Origin: the human T2T-CHM13v2.0 reference genome, Homo sapiens
Length of the DNA: 64,000 nt
Reading direction: 5' to 3' (one strand)
Assembly (NCBI RefSeq): GCF_009914755.1
Contig: NC_060942.1
The position numbers and the translations under genes were made by a program. Every line of letters begins with the position of its first letter. The stretch's first letter is position 1. A model generated the notes under the pieces. That model had not been told where the DNA came from. It worked only from the letters and a program-made list of their open reading frames with translations, and did not search any database. This document shows, piece by piece, positions 39,926 through 55,422 of the stretch.

Positions 39926-40919
39926 CCAAATTCATTAGTGATAAAAAGTGAGAAGTTTTGTCTTTCCAAAAACCAATAGAGTTTTTGGGGACTATGTCTA
40001 TGACCTACTAACTGTGATCTCAGAATTTAGTTTCCTCATCTACCATATGAGGCTAATATTAGGACCTATCTAATTGGGTTGATGTAGAAACTAATGAATA
40101 AAAGCAAATTCTTATAACGATGGTATATGTTAAAAGCTCAAGAAATCTTAGCTGCTATCATCATTAATATCACCATCATCATTGCCATCATCATCATTTA
40201 TTTTGTTCAACCTATTTCTAGGCAATATCCCATCTACTCAAAAATTCATATACTAGGGAATGAATGATTTCATTGTGATTTATATTTTAATTTCTGGCTT
40301 AATAGAAGGCTTGGGTAAATTATATTCCTGACCCCAGGATAAAATAATAGAATATTTGAAATCAAGGTCGTTTCAAAAAAGCTGAGTTTAACCCAATAAA
40401 GACATTTACTTCTCACCTGTTTAACAGTTTAATATTGGAGTTCAGTGAGAGCTTTTCTCCACATGAGGATTTGAGGCCTCAAGTTCCTTCCATCTGTGGG
40501 TCTGCCATTCCAGCCTGCAGAAGGGAAAGGAGAGAGTGAGTAAACCTCAATCCTTTGGCTCAGGATTGATGCCAACTACATTTGCTCACATTACATAGGC
40601 AAAACTGGTCAAATAGCCACAACTGGACACAAGGGGCATTTGGAAAATGTAGTCCCTGAGTGGGGGCTCATTTGAAACAGTAAGTGTATATTATTAAAGG
40701 AGAAGCATGAATTTGGGTAATAAGCTAGGGATCTCTGCCCCAAGTATACTGCTCCACACTCTTAGCCATTTATAATAAATTACTGTCTTGAAATGTAAAG
40801 TGTCATCTCTGTGAAAAGCAGTGGCAGGCATGGACCCATATCCACATGACCTTTGCTCCAAGTTGTCAGTTTCAGAGATAGGGATGTTCTTGGGTCATTC
40901 CATCTCCTCATTCTTTCCT

Positions 40920-41324
40920 TGGATTAGTGCATTCAGTCTGCCATAACAAAATACCACAGACTAGGTACATGGCTTAAACAACAGGTATTTACTTCTCACC
41001 ATTCTGAAGCCTGGAAGTCCAAGATCAGGGTGCTGGCAAAGTCAGTTTCTGGTAAGGACCCTCTTCTTGATTTGCAGATGGCCACCTCCACTATGTGCTC
41101 ACATAATCTTTTCTTTATGCAAGCAGAGAGGGAGAGAGAGAGAGAGGGTTCTATGGTGTCTCTTTTTATAAAGACACTAATCCTACTGGATCAGCCTCCT
41201 GACCTTATGACCTCATTTAACCTTAATTACTTCCTTAGAGGTCCCATCTTCAAATATAGCCATACTTGGAGGTTAGGTCTTCAACATACAAATTTTGGGG
41301 AGACTCAACTTTTCAGTCTGTAAC
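40920..41324 (-). mobile_element. MLT1A-type LTR
   Basis: 'GCCATAACAAAATACCACAGACT...CTGGAAGTCCAAGATCAGGGTGCTGGCA...GACCTCATTTAACCTTAATTAC...TCAGTCTGTAACA'. Confidence 0.85.
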
Positions 41325-41634
41325 ACTCCTAATATCACTTGTGAAAGAGATCACCATCTGGGGGCAAGAGCTGACTGGAGCCACAAGACTTCAAGGGACC
41401 CATCTAACTAACAAGCCATGTGACCTTGGGCAAAGCCTCAACTTACTGTTTTATGAAATGCACCAGATGAGCAGTTGGCTAACTTTTTCTGTAGACAGGC
41501 AGATAGCAAATATTTCTGACTTTGGGGGCCATGCAGTCTCTGTCACAACTACTGTCATGGTGCTCTGTCACTGTAGCTTGAAAGCAGCTGTAAACAATAC
41601 AGCCAGTCCTCCATATCTGCAGGTTTGTGGGGAC

Positions 41635-42023
41635 TGTATTAGTCTGTTTTCATACTGCTATAAAGATATACCTGAGATTGGGTAATTTATAAAGGAAAGA
41701 GGTTTAATTGACTCACAGTTCCACATGGCTAGGGAGGCCTCAGGAAACTTACAATCACAATGGAAGTCAAAGAAGAAGCAAGAACCTCCTTCACAAGGCA
41801 GCAGGAAAGAGAACCTATGAAGGAGGAACTGTCAAACACTTATAAAACCATCAGATGTCATGAGAACTCACTCACTATCATGAGAACAGCATGGGGGAAA
41901 CTGACCCCATGAGCCAATCACATCCTCCCCTGTAACACATGGAGATTATAGGTCCCTCCCTTGATACATAAGGATTACAATTTGAGATGAGATTTGGGTG
42001 GGGACACAGAGCCAAACATATCA
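41635..42023 (-). mobile_element. MSTA-like solo LTR
   Basis: TGTATTAGTCTG...CATATCA with near-perfect TSD GGGAC/GGGAT. Confidence 0.9.
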
Positions 42024-42738
42024 GGGATGAATTACTTTTGAAATGAAGACCAACTTTTCTAGCTTTGAAGCACTGTATGGCCATTTGACTAAGTTCTGGT
42101 CAATTCTATATAAACAGAAGGGTTATGTGGATGCTTCTAGGATCCTTTAAGAGAGCCAGTGCCAGCCCTTGGCTTCTTGCTCTAGCCCCTCCTCTTTTCT
42201 GCTGGCCAGAATGTGGACTTGCTGGGCTGAGCCCCAGAGGTCATGTGATGACCTGGAGGTAGACAGCAGACACAATGGGACATGAAAGTAGAATACTTGG
42301 GATCCCCTACATAGAGGCTCAATCCTACCAACCCAGCATTTCCCATTCTGGACTCCATGAATGTAAGAGAGAAATAAATTTTCATTGTTTCCAAGCTGTT
42401 ATTTTGTGACTCATGCTGCTGCTTCAGAACTCCCTGCCCTCTTTGAGGAGAACAATTCTCTATTGATGAGTTCTTGGAGGCTGTTTAGTTAAGTGTTGCC
42501 CTTCACTTCTCCCCATCATCAGGTTGTGAACGTGGTTATTAGCTACTCGGAGACCCAGATTTCTTTCTGTTCATCCACCTGACTTCCTGCTTAGTCTGGC
42601 ATCAGTACGACCCCTGTTTCCCTCCACCTGGTTGGAGTGCTGGTCAGCACAAAAAAAAGCCTGTGGGTGCTGCATGACTTAGAATAGCAGCTATCAACCC
42701 TGACTACAGATTAGAATCAACCCAAGGACTCTTTTCTC

Positions 42739-43049
42739 TTTTTTTTTTTTTTTTGAGACAGGATCTCGCTTTGTGGCCCAGGCTGGAGTGCAGTGGCATG
42801 ATCTTGGCTCACTGAAATCTCATCCTCCCAGGTTAAAGTGATTATCATGCCTCAGCCTCCTGAGTAGCTGGGACTACAGTCGTGCACCACCATGCTTGGC
42901 TAATTTTTTTGTATTTTTATTAGAGACAGAGTTTTACCATATTGGACAGGCTGGTCCAGGCTGGTCTCAAACTTGTGGCCTCAAATGATCTGCCTGCCTC
43001 TACCTCCCAAAGTACTGGGATTACAGGCATAAGTTACCACACCTGGCTC
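42739..43049 (-). mobile_element. Alu SINE (AluJ/S)
   Basis: Poly(T) plus antisense dimer; degenerate TSD AAC.CA.GGACTCTT. Confidence 0.93.
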
Positions 43050-43353
43050 AACACAGGGACTCTTAACCCATATCACCCCCTAGCCCCATCCCAGACAAAT
43101 GAAATCAGAAGGAAGTGGGGAAAAGGAGCAAGAACACTAATTTTATTTTTTTAGTCTTTCCAAGTGGTTATAATGTGAAGTCCCACATAAGGCCATTGTC
43201 TTAAAGGGAAGACAAAGTAAACTACACTCAATACATTTCCAGAAGAGACTCACAATGGCACAGAGCAGGTACCTATTTACTGATCACCTGCTTTTGAGAA
43301 GGGCCTCATATGAAGAATATCTTGGCATCATAACACACCCTTCTGTTAGATCT

Positions 43354-43837
43354 TGTATTAGTGTCCTGGGGCTTCTATACCAAACAACCACAAATTAGGT
43401 GGCTTCATACAGAGAAATATATTCTTTCCCTGTTCCAGTGGCCAGAATTCTGCAATCAAGGTGTTAGCAGGGCCATACTGCCTCTGAAGGCTGTAAGGGA
43501 GAACACTTCTGAAAGAGTTAGTTTTATGTTACAACTTGGCTAGGCTACAGTACCAAATTATTTAACCAAACATGCATTTAGGTGTGGCTTTGAAGGTATA
43601 TTGGAGATATGGTTGATATCTTCCACTGGTTGACTTTAGGTAAAAGAGATTACCCTTGTTAATACGGGCAGGCCTCATTCAATCAGTCCAACGGTCGTAA
43701 GAGCCAACACTGAGATTCCCTGGAGGAGAGATTCTTCCTTAAGCTTGCAGCATCAACTTCTTGCCTGAATTCATAGCCTGCTGGCTTGCCCTATAGATTT
43801 TCAATTTGCTAGGCCCCACCATCACATGAGCCAATTT

Positions 43838-43924
<87 letters not shown>

Positions 43925-44095
43925 CCTATGGGTTATGATTCTCTGGAACATAACCCGTAAGATCCAGAATGATATCATATCTAGATCCTTAATTACATCA
44001 CCAAAGACCCCTTTCCCAAACTGTTTTCATTCACAAGTTCTGAGGATTAGGACTTAGACATATAGTCTCAGGGGCAATCATTCAACACACTCCAA
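43354..44095. mobile_element. MLT1 LTR (antisense) with nested MLT2 LTR (~43515-43953) containing (TC)n(TG)n at 43844-43922
   Basis: MLT1 'CAAGGTGTTAGCAGGGCCATACTG' is interrupted by MLT2 'TTTTATGTTACAACTTGGCTAGGCTACAGTACC...CACATGAGCCAATTTCTTAAA'. Confidence 0.8.
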
Positions 44096-44799
44096 CCCTT
44101 TTATAAAACCTTTATTTAAAATCTGATTTTCCTTTTCTCTTGTTCAACTCCAATTCCCCAGCTGTGGATGTTCTTCCAAGATTAGTTTCCAGGCTACTGA
44201 AGATGACTCAGATAGAGCATATGGGGAAGATAATGATCTCATCTTTAGTAGACATTGGGAAGAAAAGAAGCGAGGTGGGTTTGTAGCTGTCCTGTTTTAG
44301 TGGCCCTGGCATGATCTTTGGGCAATAGATGGAAAGGGCAGCAGCTGGAAAGAGGGAATTCAGCTGCAAGTCAGAGGACAGCTCTGATGGAGTCGTCATC
44401 AAGATGACTCCTAGACCCAGTGTGGCCTTCACAAAAAGACACTCAAAGGATTCTCATGAATAAATGGAGATAGCTAGCTAGCTAGCTAGATTAAAAGAAA
44501 ACTCTAACTGCATATATTGTGAGTTACCTTTCCAACAACTAGCCCTGACACCCACTTTTTTATCCTACAAGTAGACAGCCATGTCCTCTAAGAGAGGCCC
44601 AGCTTCATCTCCACTTTCCAGAAATACATTTTGGCTGGCCTAGTAATTCTATTCCCTAAGCCAGTGATTGGTTCAAAAATGCGCATATGAGAGCATTCCA
44701 CCCAATGAGATGTAAGGGAAAGTCTTCTGTGATAAGGCTGTTTTTTGTTTTGTTTTTGTTGTTTTTCAGTTTTAACAAATGTCAAAAAAAAAAAAAGAT

Positions 44800-46100
44800 G
44801 TCCTCTTCGCACATTTACTGTTCAAAAATAAATAATAATTCAAACACTCAGGCAACCATCAACCAAGTGAAAAAATGGCACTAAACAAGTACCCCAAGAG
44901 TCACCTGTGTCCTGCCCCAGTCTCTTTCTCTCCCTCCCAGAGGACACCACTGTATTAGTCCATTTTCATGCTGCTGATAAAGAAGTACCTGAGACTGGGT
45001 AATTTATACAGGAAAAAGGGTTTAATGGACTTACATTTCAACATGGCTGGGGAGGCCTGACAATCATGGTGGAAGGCAAGGAAGGACAAGTCATATCTTA
45101 CATGGATGGCAGCAGGCAAAGAGGGAGATAGCTTGTGCAGGGAAACTCCCCTTTTTAAAACCATCAGATCTCGTGAGACTTCTTCACTATCATGAGAACT
45201 GCACAGGAAAGACTTACCCTCATGATTCAATTGCCTCCCACCAGGTCCCTCCCACAACACATGGGAATTCAGGATTAGATTTGGGTGGGGACACAGCCAA
45301 ACCATATCAACCACTGTTCTGTTTCTTGTGATAATCTTCCCTACGTGTTTCGGTTGTGTGCCATTTTCTGAATGCATTCCCAAATATTGCAGTTTAGTTT
45401 CGCCTGGTCTTTGAAACATATATGGATAGCATCATACTTATGTGTTTGTTTACATGTGTTTTGCTTATTATTTTTGTGAAATTCATCCATTTTGCTGCAT
45501 AGGATTCCATTATGCCAGAATTGGGCAAACTAAAGCTCATGGGCTACCAGTTTTTTTAAATAAAGTTTTTTTTTTTTAATAACATAGCCACACTCATTTG
45601 TTTACAGGTCATCTATGGCTGCCTCCAAGCTACAATGGAAGAGAGCAGAAATGGTAGTTGCAACAGAGACTGTGTGATCTCAAAGCCTAAAGTATTTACT
45701 CTCTGGCCTTTGATAGAAAAAGTATGCCTATTCCTCCATTTCTGACCATTCTACAATTTATTTATGTATATTACTGTTGATGGACATTTAGAATATTTCA
45801 AGGTTAGGCTCTTTGGTACTACAGCTGTGGTCAGTTTTGTATATGTGTCCCAATGTACATCAGCAAGAGTTTCTGTGGCACATACCTAGGGATTGAATTA
45901 CTGGTTAATACACTGACTTAGAAGAATACATTCAACTTTACTGGGTAACATCAAAATGTTTTCCAGAGTGTGGTATCAGTTTACACCACCTATCAACAAT
46001 GTACTAGAAATTCTGTTACTCCTGTTCTAACCAATGTGTTCTATCATTATACTTTTCAGTTATGTTCATCTGGTGAGTGTGCAATGATTTCTCATTGTAA
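44800..46100 (-). mobile_element. Old L1ME-like fragment hosting THE1A and MER58A (~45517-45735) insertions
   Basis: 'TGAAATTCATCCATTTTGCTGCAT', 'CTGTTGATGGACATTTAG' and 'TTTTCCAGAGTG' antisense L1 3' motifs. Confidence 0.6.
44951..45309 (-). mobile_element. THE1A solo LTR
   Basis: TGTATTAGTCCATTTTCATGCTGCTGATAAAGA...CCATATCA with perfect TSD ACCAC (44946-44950 / 45310-45314). Confidence 0.95.
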
Positions 46101-46543
46101 TACCACCTTCATGTAGCATTTTGGTCTGTGAGTTGTTTACTTTCTTTTCCACTCATCTGTGCATTTAAGAAGGGTATTTCTTTTTAAGCCAGTTATCCAA
46201 AATTTTTAGTTGCTTAAGGAAGAATGTAAATTTAGGTATCCAACCTAACATATCAACAGATATAGAATATTATTGTTCTTAACTTGTTTGGTATTTTGCA
46301 ACCTGTGGCCAGAGGCATTTTAACTGATATGCTCTGCCAGTCTATACTTCCCCCTGAGAACACAACAAAATCCTGGTTCATGCTAAAAGTCTGAATTGGC
46401 GTCTATGGGTCAGTCATCTAGAAAGGATTCAAATGCTGACCGTCACAAATCCTCAAAGTTTTAGGCATTTCCGGGATCTGCTGGTGATCGTGGCCAAGGC
46501 TGTGGTGGAGCAGAGTTACAGAAAATTAAACACTGAAAGTGAA

Positions 46544-46914
46544 TGTACTAGTCTGTTCTCACACTGCTAATAAAGACATACCTGAGACTGGGTACTATAA
46601 AGGAAAACAGGTTTAATGGACTCACAGTTCCACATGGCTGGGGAGGCCTCACAATTATGGCAGAAGGCAAAAGAGGAGCAAAGGCATATCTTACATGGCA
46701 GCAGGCAAGAAAGAGGAGAATCAAGTGAAAGGGGTTTCCCCTTATAAAACCATCAGATGTTGTGAGACATATTCACTACCATGAGAACAATATGGGGGAA
46801 ACCACCCCCATGATTCAACTATCTCCCACCGGGTCCCTCTCACAACACATGGCAATTATGGGAACTTGAATTTTCAAGATGAGATTTGGGTGGGGACACA
46901 GCCAAACCACATCA
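46544..46914 (-). mobile_element. THE1 (C/D-like) solo LTR
   Basis: TGTACTAGTCTGTTCTCAC...CCACATCA with TSD GTGAA/GTGAG. Confidence 0.92.
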
Positions 46915-47876
46915 GTGAGTACAAAGCTTCCACCAGCAGAGCAGTCAGCATCTGGCTCCTTTGTGGCACCTACATGGTGGTGAAATTGTCCTTGCTGAAG
47001 CAAGCAATGACATGCACCCCATGCCCAAAGGTCACTCACTTGTCTTGACACTGCTGCTCTATTCTCAGCACTTGGCAATGTCGAGGACTCTTTCCTCAAA
47101 ATGATCTTATTTCCTGGTTTTATGACGCCATTTTCTAGTTCTTTTTAGTCTACGGCGTTTCTTGTTATTTGCTATATTTTCATTTAAATGTTGAAAAGCA
47201 AGTGACCAGAAATGACTGACTTATACTTCCCACTTCACTGTCCACTATCAGCCACTTGTCTTCTATTTTATTATTTTTTCTTTTTTCTTCATTTCTCCTC
47301 TCCGCCACTCCCCACCCAGCACCCAGATTAAAGTATTTACACTATTCCCATAAATACGTGTGCATTTTTGAAAGCCATTTCACTTGTTATGCTATTTTTC
47401 TATATTATTCCACATGCTTAAACTATTTTAAAAGAGATGCAAAGGGTGGGAATAATAACAAATAATTAATAATGTACTATAAATAGCATGGTGCAATAGA
47501 CATCTCAAACTTTCTTCTGCATCATTCTTCCTTCCCTTCCACATCATTTTACTTAGTGAATATGTTTTAAGAGCTTGTTAGGTCCCAGACAATGGGCTGA
47601 GCACTGGTCAGCAAGATGACTGGGCCATGTTCTCACAGAGCTAATAGTTTGGTGAGGAAGATAATCATTTAATAACTGATTATGCAAACAGCAAAGGAAT
47701 TAGAGTTGTGATAAGCGCTGCATGAAGGTTTAAATATGAAACAGAAGACCCCAACACAGTTGGGTAGGCAAGCATTGCCTATGACAGGGGTAAGGGTCTC
47801 TAAGCTACAATTTGAAAAGGTAAAAAATGCTGTCTTAAAGACAGACAGAATTCTAGGGCAGAGCATCAGGGGTGAC

Positions 47877-48557
<681 letters not shown>

Positions 48558-48664
48558 AAAACATACTTTGAATCTGAAAGAAACTGGACCTTTTAAAGTG
48601 AAGCATTAGCTGCAGCCTGCCCTTGGTCTTCTTTGCTTATTTTATGTACTTACCACGTCCTACA

Positions 48665-49790
48665 GCAGCAGTCCTCATGTTTTTGGCAGAATTCCTTTAC
48701 CCTCTTAAATGTATTGAGGATCCCAAAGAGCTTTCATTTATGTGGATTATAACCTTTAATATTTACCATACTAGAAATCAAAACAGAAAAAATTATAAAC
48801 TTTATATATTAATTTAAAAACTAATAAACCCATTATATATATTTATATGTTTTATTTTTATTTTTATGTTTTTTGATGGAGTCTCACTCTGTCACTCAGG
48901 CTGGCATGCAGTGGCGCAATCTTGGCTCACTGCAAGCTCTGCCTCCCGGGTTCATGCCATTCTCTGCCTCAGCCTCCCGAGTAGCTGGGACTACAGGTGC
49001 CCGCCACCACCCCTGGCTAATTTTTTTTTTTTTTTGTATTTTTAGTGGAGATGGGGTTTCACCATGTTAGCCAGGGTGGTCTCGATCTCCTGACCTCGTG
49101 ATCTGCCTGTCTCGGCCTCCCAAAGTGCTGAGATTACAGGCGTGAGCCACCACACCCGGCCTAAACCCATTATATTTTTAAATGAGACAATTTTAAATGA
49201 AAAATAACATTTTTCAAAACAATAACTTAAGAAGAATGGTATTACTTTACAGTTTTATAAATCTCTTTAATATTTTACTTAATAGAAGACAACTGGATTT
49301 TCATGTCTGCTTCTGATTTCAATCTGTTGCAGTATGTTGCTTTGGTTAAAAATTTGAAGGAAATCGAGCCTCACACAGATACATAGTTGAAAAGGGAGAA
49401 ATATTTCATAGCATTTTCAGATCATTGTGGGTATTCTATTTTGATACTACACCAAAACTTGACAAGTGGTAGTTTCTTAAAAGTTAGTTGCTATATAGAC
49501 TCTGAAACTATATCAATGAACTTTATACTCTGTTACATTTAAATCCATTGGTCTATCTTGAATATCCAATAAATCTTTTAACCATGCGTGAATATGTAGC
49601 ATCATACATTAGTCCATTTGAGAAACTGTGTTGCTGAGCTATGCTGAACTTCCAAATATTGACACATTTTATTATACCACTCACAAAAATTACATTTGTT
49701 AATATCATCACTGAATTCATCAGCAAAGATTTTAAGTATTGGGAAGCTGTCAAGCTCACAGCAATAGATACAAGTTTTCCAAAATTTCAG
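48665..49790 (-). mobile_element. Charlie1-like hAT DNA-transposon fragment, interrupted by an AluY
   Basis: 'CTCTTAAATGTATTGAGGATCCCAAAGAGCTTT...GATACTACACCAAAACTTGACAAGTGGTAGTTTCTTAAA' matches recalled Charlie1 sequence. Confidence 0.75.
48849..49161 (-). mobile_element. Alu SINE (AluY-like)
   Basis: 'CTGCAAGCTCTGCC', 'CCATTCTC', 'GTCTCGATCTCCTGACCTCGTGATC'; TSD TAAACCCATTATAT. Confidence 0.95.
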
Positions 49791-49814
49791 AGTGTTATTT
49801 CACAATATTATTTT

Positions 49815-51810
49815 GGGTTTCCAGGAATTAGTACCAGTTCAGAGCCGGTGTCCAGTAATCCCAGAAAAGTCTGATTATTTCTCCTTCCTCAGTGCCTGGT
49901 CACCCTGGTAAATGGCCATGAATCTTTTTGGGGATGTCTGAGAGGAAGATTAATAGTATAAATTAAATTTTGGCAGTGTAACAAGGTCTTTCCTCTGGCC
50001 TTCTCTTCACTCAGAGAACTCTGGGTCATTGTACGGCATCAAATCTGGGAATTGAGTGACTGTGACTGTTTTGATGATTCAAGTCAGACTTCAGTTCTCT
50101 GGACCTGGGACATTTACATTTACACAGATTAGGTAAGAATCTAGCAGATTTCCCATTGATTTCTCCTCTAGGGACACCATCAGCCATGATATCCAGTCAA
50201 GCTGCCAACGCCATGGGTCTCTGTAAATCAGACTGTTCTAATGACTGCTTTGACTCCCCTGTCCATTATGGTAACCTTGCCCACCTTGCCTTTGGCAATT
50301 AAGTGCTGCCTTCTGCCTCTTTTCACCCCTGGATTCTGTCCTCCCCATGTTGGGGATACTGGGACTTCTCTCAGGAATTTATTTCTCAACACAGTGGTGA
50401 AGGTTTTCATGTCCTCTGGACCCTCCCCAAGTGGGTGAAGAGATTTTACATGACAAATCCACTCTAGCATTTCAATTTCCTTAAGCCTATGAATACTTTC
50501 CTCTGTAGGATACCAAGGAAGTTCTGGCATTTCCACTTCATTTAGTGCAGACCAATTTTGAGTCCATATTTTGGTCAAACAACCAAGCAAATAATTAGAA
50601 CCATTCCTAGCCACTGGAGCTACAAAACATTCTATTTGTATTGTCTGCTTAGTAAGTCCATATCCATTTATTTGGCCTGATCCAATTCCATATTTCTTCC
50701 TCCTGGATTCCACATCCTTAAAATTGTTCCCATGCATATTCCCCAGATTTCCATCAATATAATTTAGCAAAATCATCTAATTCTTTTGGTGTACATTGCA
50801 CCTCCTCACCCTTTGGAATCTGCTGGGGCTTGAGCTTGCTTAAAATAACTCTAAAAGCAAAAAAGGATGGCGGGGGCAGGTTCTGAGATCAGCAGGGCCT
50901 TGCAAGGCAACTTTCTTAAGTAGGTCATTATAAGTTCTTCAAGCAAGAAAACACTAACCCCAAGGCAGGAGTGGAAGCACTGCTTCTACTGCCAAGTAAG
51001 CTTGTTGGGAACATTTAAGGGAGTTCAGGAGTTCCATGCATCTAGCTCCATCAGAATGTCCCCATCCCAATTTTCAAAATCCCATTTCTTCCCAATCATG
51101 CATGCCCTGACTTTAACAAAAGAGACTCCTTCCTAGAGGCTGGAAATTTGATTTGCTTTGCAATTCAGTTACCTGTAGGGTTAGGCTTTCTTCTGGTTTT
51201 CAGATGAAATGCTGCAGGAGAAAAGGTTTCTTTCAGGGAGGCAGAGGAGCTTTCAGATCCCTTATACAGACATTGAACTGTAAATTTAAAGCCCTGAGCT
51301 CATCTTTTTCTTTTCTCCAAGTTCTCTAGCACAGTTAGAAACAGTTAACCAACCCCATTATATTTCTTATTTTGATTACAATGTTTTATGCTGTGAACTA
51401 TTAATACTTAGTCCACCAGAATCTTGACTTTCATCAGCATTTAGTTACCAGCTATCTACAAGGAATAATTTGCATAACTGTTTCACCATTACATGTCATC
51501 AGATATGATCCACTGGAAACAGGATCATTAACGCCTTTGCATCTAATGAGGTCAGATAATTGATTCCAGAAAACTCAGAACCAATTGAGAAAATTCCTCA
51601 TTAATATTCAGCTTCCCCTGGGCACTCTCAGGGCAGCTGGTTAAGCCATTCTCTGTAAGGTTTACTGTCTTTGAACCTGAAGCCTCTAGTCCACAGGTCA
51701 GAGCAAGGACAGCTGGAATCCACAATCATGAGCTACAGAGCAGGATAGACTGAACCAGGTCAGCTCTTGTCTCTGACCTTGATGGTGTGGATGCCCTGCC
51801 ATCAGCCTCC
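49815..51810 (-). mobile_element. ERVL internal (gag region) remnant with an upstream MLT2-like LTR fragment (~51620-51810)
   Basis: Minus-strand ORF 50228-50776 contains EVEMPELPWYPTEESIHRLKEIEMLEWICHV, which resembles HERV-L gag (ELEMPDLPWFNVEEGIQRLREIGMLEWI); flanks are frameshifted. Confidence 0.82.
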
Positions 51811-51849
51811 CCACTGAGCCCAGCTCACCTAGGGGGAGAGGGAGCTTCT

Positions 51850-52420
51850 AAAATGCAAATCGCATCAGATCACTACTCTGCTTAAACTCTTCAGCAGCTC
51901 CCAGTGCCCGAAGGACAGTCCAGACTCCTTACTGGTATGAGGATCCCTCCTCCTCCCATTTCTCCTTCCATTGACACCAGGCTCCCTATTGTTAGGCCAT
52001 TTGGAATTCCTTGGTGTTCCAAGAGTGGAGGAGTCAGTGTCACACTTTATTTTTTATTTTTTCCTTGACTTTTTCATGTATGGCAATTTCATTCTTTTCC
52101 CCTAAGATTAATTTCAATTTCAATTGCTGTTTTCAGAGTGAAATCTCCTCTGACATCTCTGCTTCTTCCCCAGTCCCTAACTCCACTGGTGTTGCGCTTC
52201 AGTACTCTCCAAGCACCTGGGGCTCCTCTCCACTAGAGCACATTCCAATTCTTTCCCATCCCAGCCCTCTCGCCGCAAGACTGTGTTCCTCCCACCCTAA
52301 GACTGTGTCTTCTCCCAAGACTGTCAGCTGCTTAAGGGAGGGTTAGATCCTGATCACCTTTGTCCACCCAGCCCTTCCTCCGCAGGTGCTAAGCAGAGGT
52401 TTGTGGAATGAATGCACATT
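51850..52420 (+). mobile_element. L2 3' fragment
   Basis: 'TCTAAAATGCAAATC..ATCA.ATCACTACTCTGCTTAAACTCTTCAG...GTTTGTGGAATGAATG'. Confidence 0.65.
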
Positions 52421-52775
52421 TGATGTGTCTGTTTACAAGCTGCGGTGACCTTGCTGAAGACGATGCTAATGGGGGCACCAAATGAAATATTTCTCCTGGA
52501 AAGTTCCCTGGGCAAGTTGGGAAGAGAATCTGCTTTTCCTCCTGGCTATGCCAAGTGCTGTGTGGCCTCCAGGAATTCAGAAAGAGAAACTTCCACATCG
52601 TGTTAGGTGCTGGCAGAGAGGATAAATGAACACATCTTCATTAATTCGTTTCTGCCTATTGGGTGCTTCGGGGATTAACTCCTCATGAGCTTTTCAGGAA
52701 GGAGATGCCCTCTGTGGGCCAGGGCCTGTGATGCCTGAGCTCTTGTATTTACCTTTGCTTTATTATTTCCTTTAG

Positions 52776-53149
<374 letters not shown>

Positions 53150-53502
53150 TGATCACTTATTGGAAGCATGATCTTAGTACCTGATCTAATGTTTCTGAGT
53201 CTTGTGTTTCTCTGGAAACCTCATTGAACTGTTGTGAAAAATAAGTTGCTTATGAATTCTAGCATTCATCTCATGCAGCAAAATTTTGGGCCCATTTAAT
53301 GATTTCAGGATCAGGAGTCAGATGGCTTAAACTATACTCTTATCCTTCCCTGCCATTTACCTAACAATCCCTCTAAGCCTCAACTTTTTCATAGGTGGTA
53401 TGGGAATAAAAATAATACCCAGCCAATAAGATTATGTGGTTAGATAAAACAATATAGCAACTGGGTTTAGAAGAGGAAAAATGTTATCTTTTATTATTGT
53501 AC

Positions 53503-53631
53503 TTTTTTAGAGATGGGGGTCTCATTATGTTGCCCAGGCTGGATTTGAACTTCTGGGCTTAAGCGATCCTCCCACCTCAGCAGGTGTCCCCACCTAGCTG
53601 GGACTACAAGCATGCACCACCATACCTGGCT
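53503..53631 (-). mobile_element. FLAM-like Alu monomer
   Basis: Single ~130-bp antisense monomer. Confidence 0.8.
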
Positions 53632-55069
53632 TATTTTTTATGATTTAGCTCATTGAGATGGACATTTTTAAATGCATGTTACGATCAAAAATAAGCATTC
53701 AGAGATTCCAGTGGTTCCTCTTTTCATTAAGCTGTTTGCATGTTTTATAGCTGCAAGAGATTTAAGTTTCTTTTAGTAACAAGTTTGCCTTCTTCCCGGT
53801 GCCCACTACAGTGGTTTTGATCCATGATCTAAGGTCCCAGGACGTTATTGCACTGGTTTCTTGTTTTTGTTTCTCTGAGTTGATGGGACGATCATAGGCA
53901 GAATCCAGATGATGGAAAAGATGTGTTTGAATTAAAGAGAAAGAGGAAAACCCTGGTATGTGTGAAGGTTCTGGGAGAGACAGGCTAATGGGGTGCTTGA
54001 TAATCTGATTGGAAAGAAGCCTGCAGAAGCTGCATTGCAGAGGAAGAACATCATCAGAGAGGGAGGTGGAAGGCCTGCAGTCACACAAGGGGAGCCATAT
54101 TCTGGATGAGAAAGGGCATTAGACATATTTTAATCCAAGCCAGTGAATCCACCCTCTAAACTCCAGACAACACCAGCAACTTTGGGATCATGAAATGTCT
54201 ACTGGCTTTAACATCAACAGACCTGAATTTGCCTCTGAGTTACTTTGCCCTGGTCACCTGCACTGACCACAGCCCTCAGAGGCTGGCATGGTCTCTCTCT
54301 AAGGTGTGGAGGATAATACTGATTGCTTAGATTTGCAGCGAGGCTTGATGGAATAATGTCTGTGGAAGTGCCATCATTGTGGAAACAGAGCTTTCATGAG
54401 GTTGAGATTGCTTGAACATGTTCCTTATAAGTGAGCTCCTTCTGTTTTCAGATTTTTCTAACACTAGGTAGGTGGGAGTTTCATTAAATGTAGGAGAAAA
54501 TGGGAAATCATAGTAGAATCTGGGAAGATGCACAACTTGATCCAGATGACTTCCCACCTTTGAGGACAGAATTGGGAGTGGGGGTGGGGGCCAGGGAAGA
54601 CATTGCAAATAGAGGTCATTGCTGCAGTCCCGTGATTAGGGCATGCATGTGTAAATATTCACACATCATACAATCTCTATGTGATGCACTGACACGTTCT
54701 CTGTGTCAACATGGATGGAGCACAAGGCAGGTCTTATAATATTTACTCCAAGATGTAGGTGCTATTATCCACATTTCACAGCTGAAGGAAATGGGTCTGT
54801 GGAGTAGCTTGTTCAAAAGCATATATCTTGTATGGTATTAGATGGTCAAAGCCCTGTGTGAGTATAAGCTTATACCTGTGACATGAAAAATACAGGAAAG
54901 CGTCTATTGCTTTACTGCTGTTAATAATTATCAGTGTGATTTTAAATGTCTTTTGGAACAAAGGTTGGTAAAAATTAAGGAAATGGCATTGCCTCCTCCC
55001 ACCGGATGTTTTTGTCCAGGCATCCTTTCCTTACCACACTCTGTAGATCCACTCTTCACACCTGCCTAA

Positions 55070-55422
<353 letters not shown>

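Noticed and set aside
44955-45419. 154-aa minus-strand ORF
   Set aside because: It lies almost wholly in the THE1A LTR; LTR-derived chance ORF.
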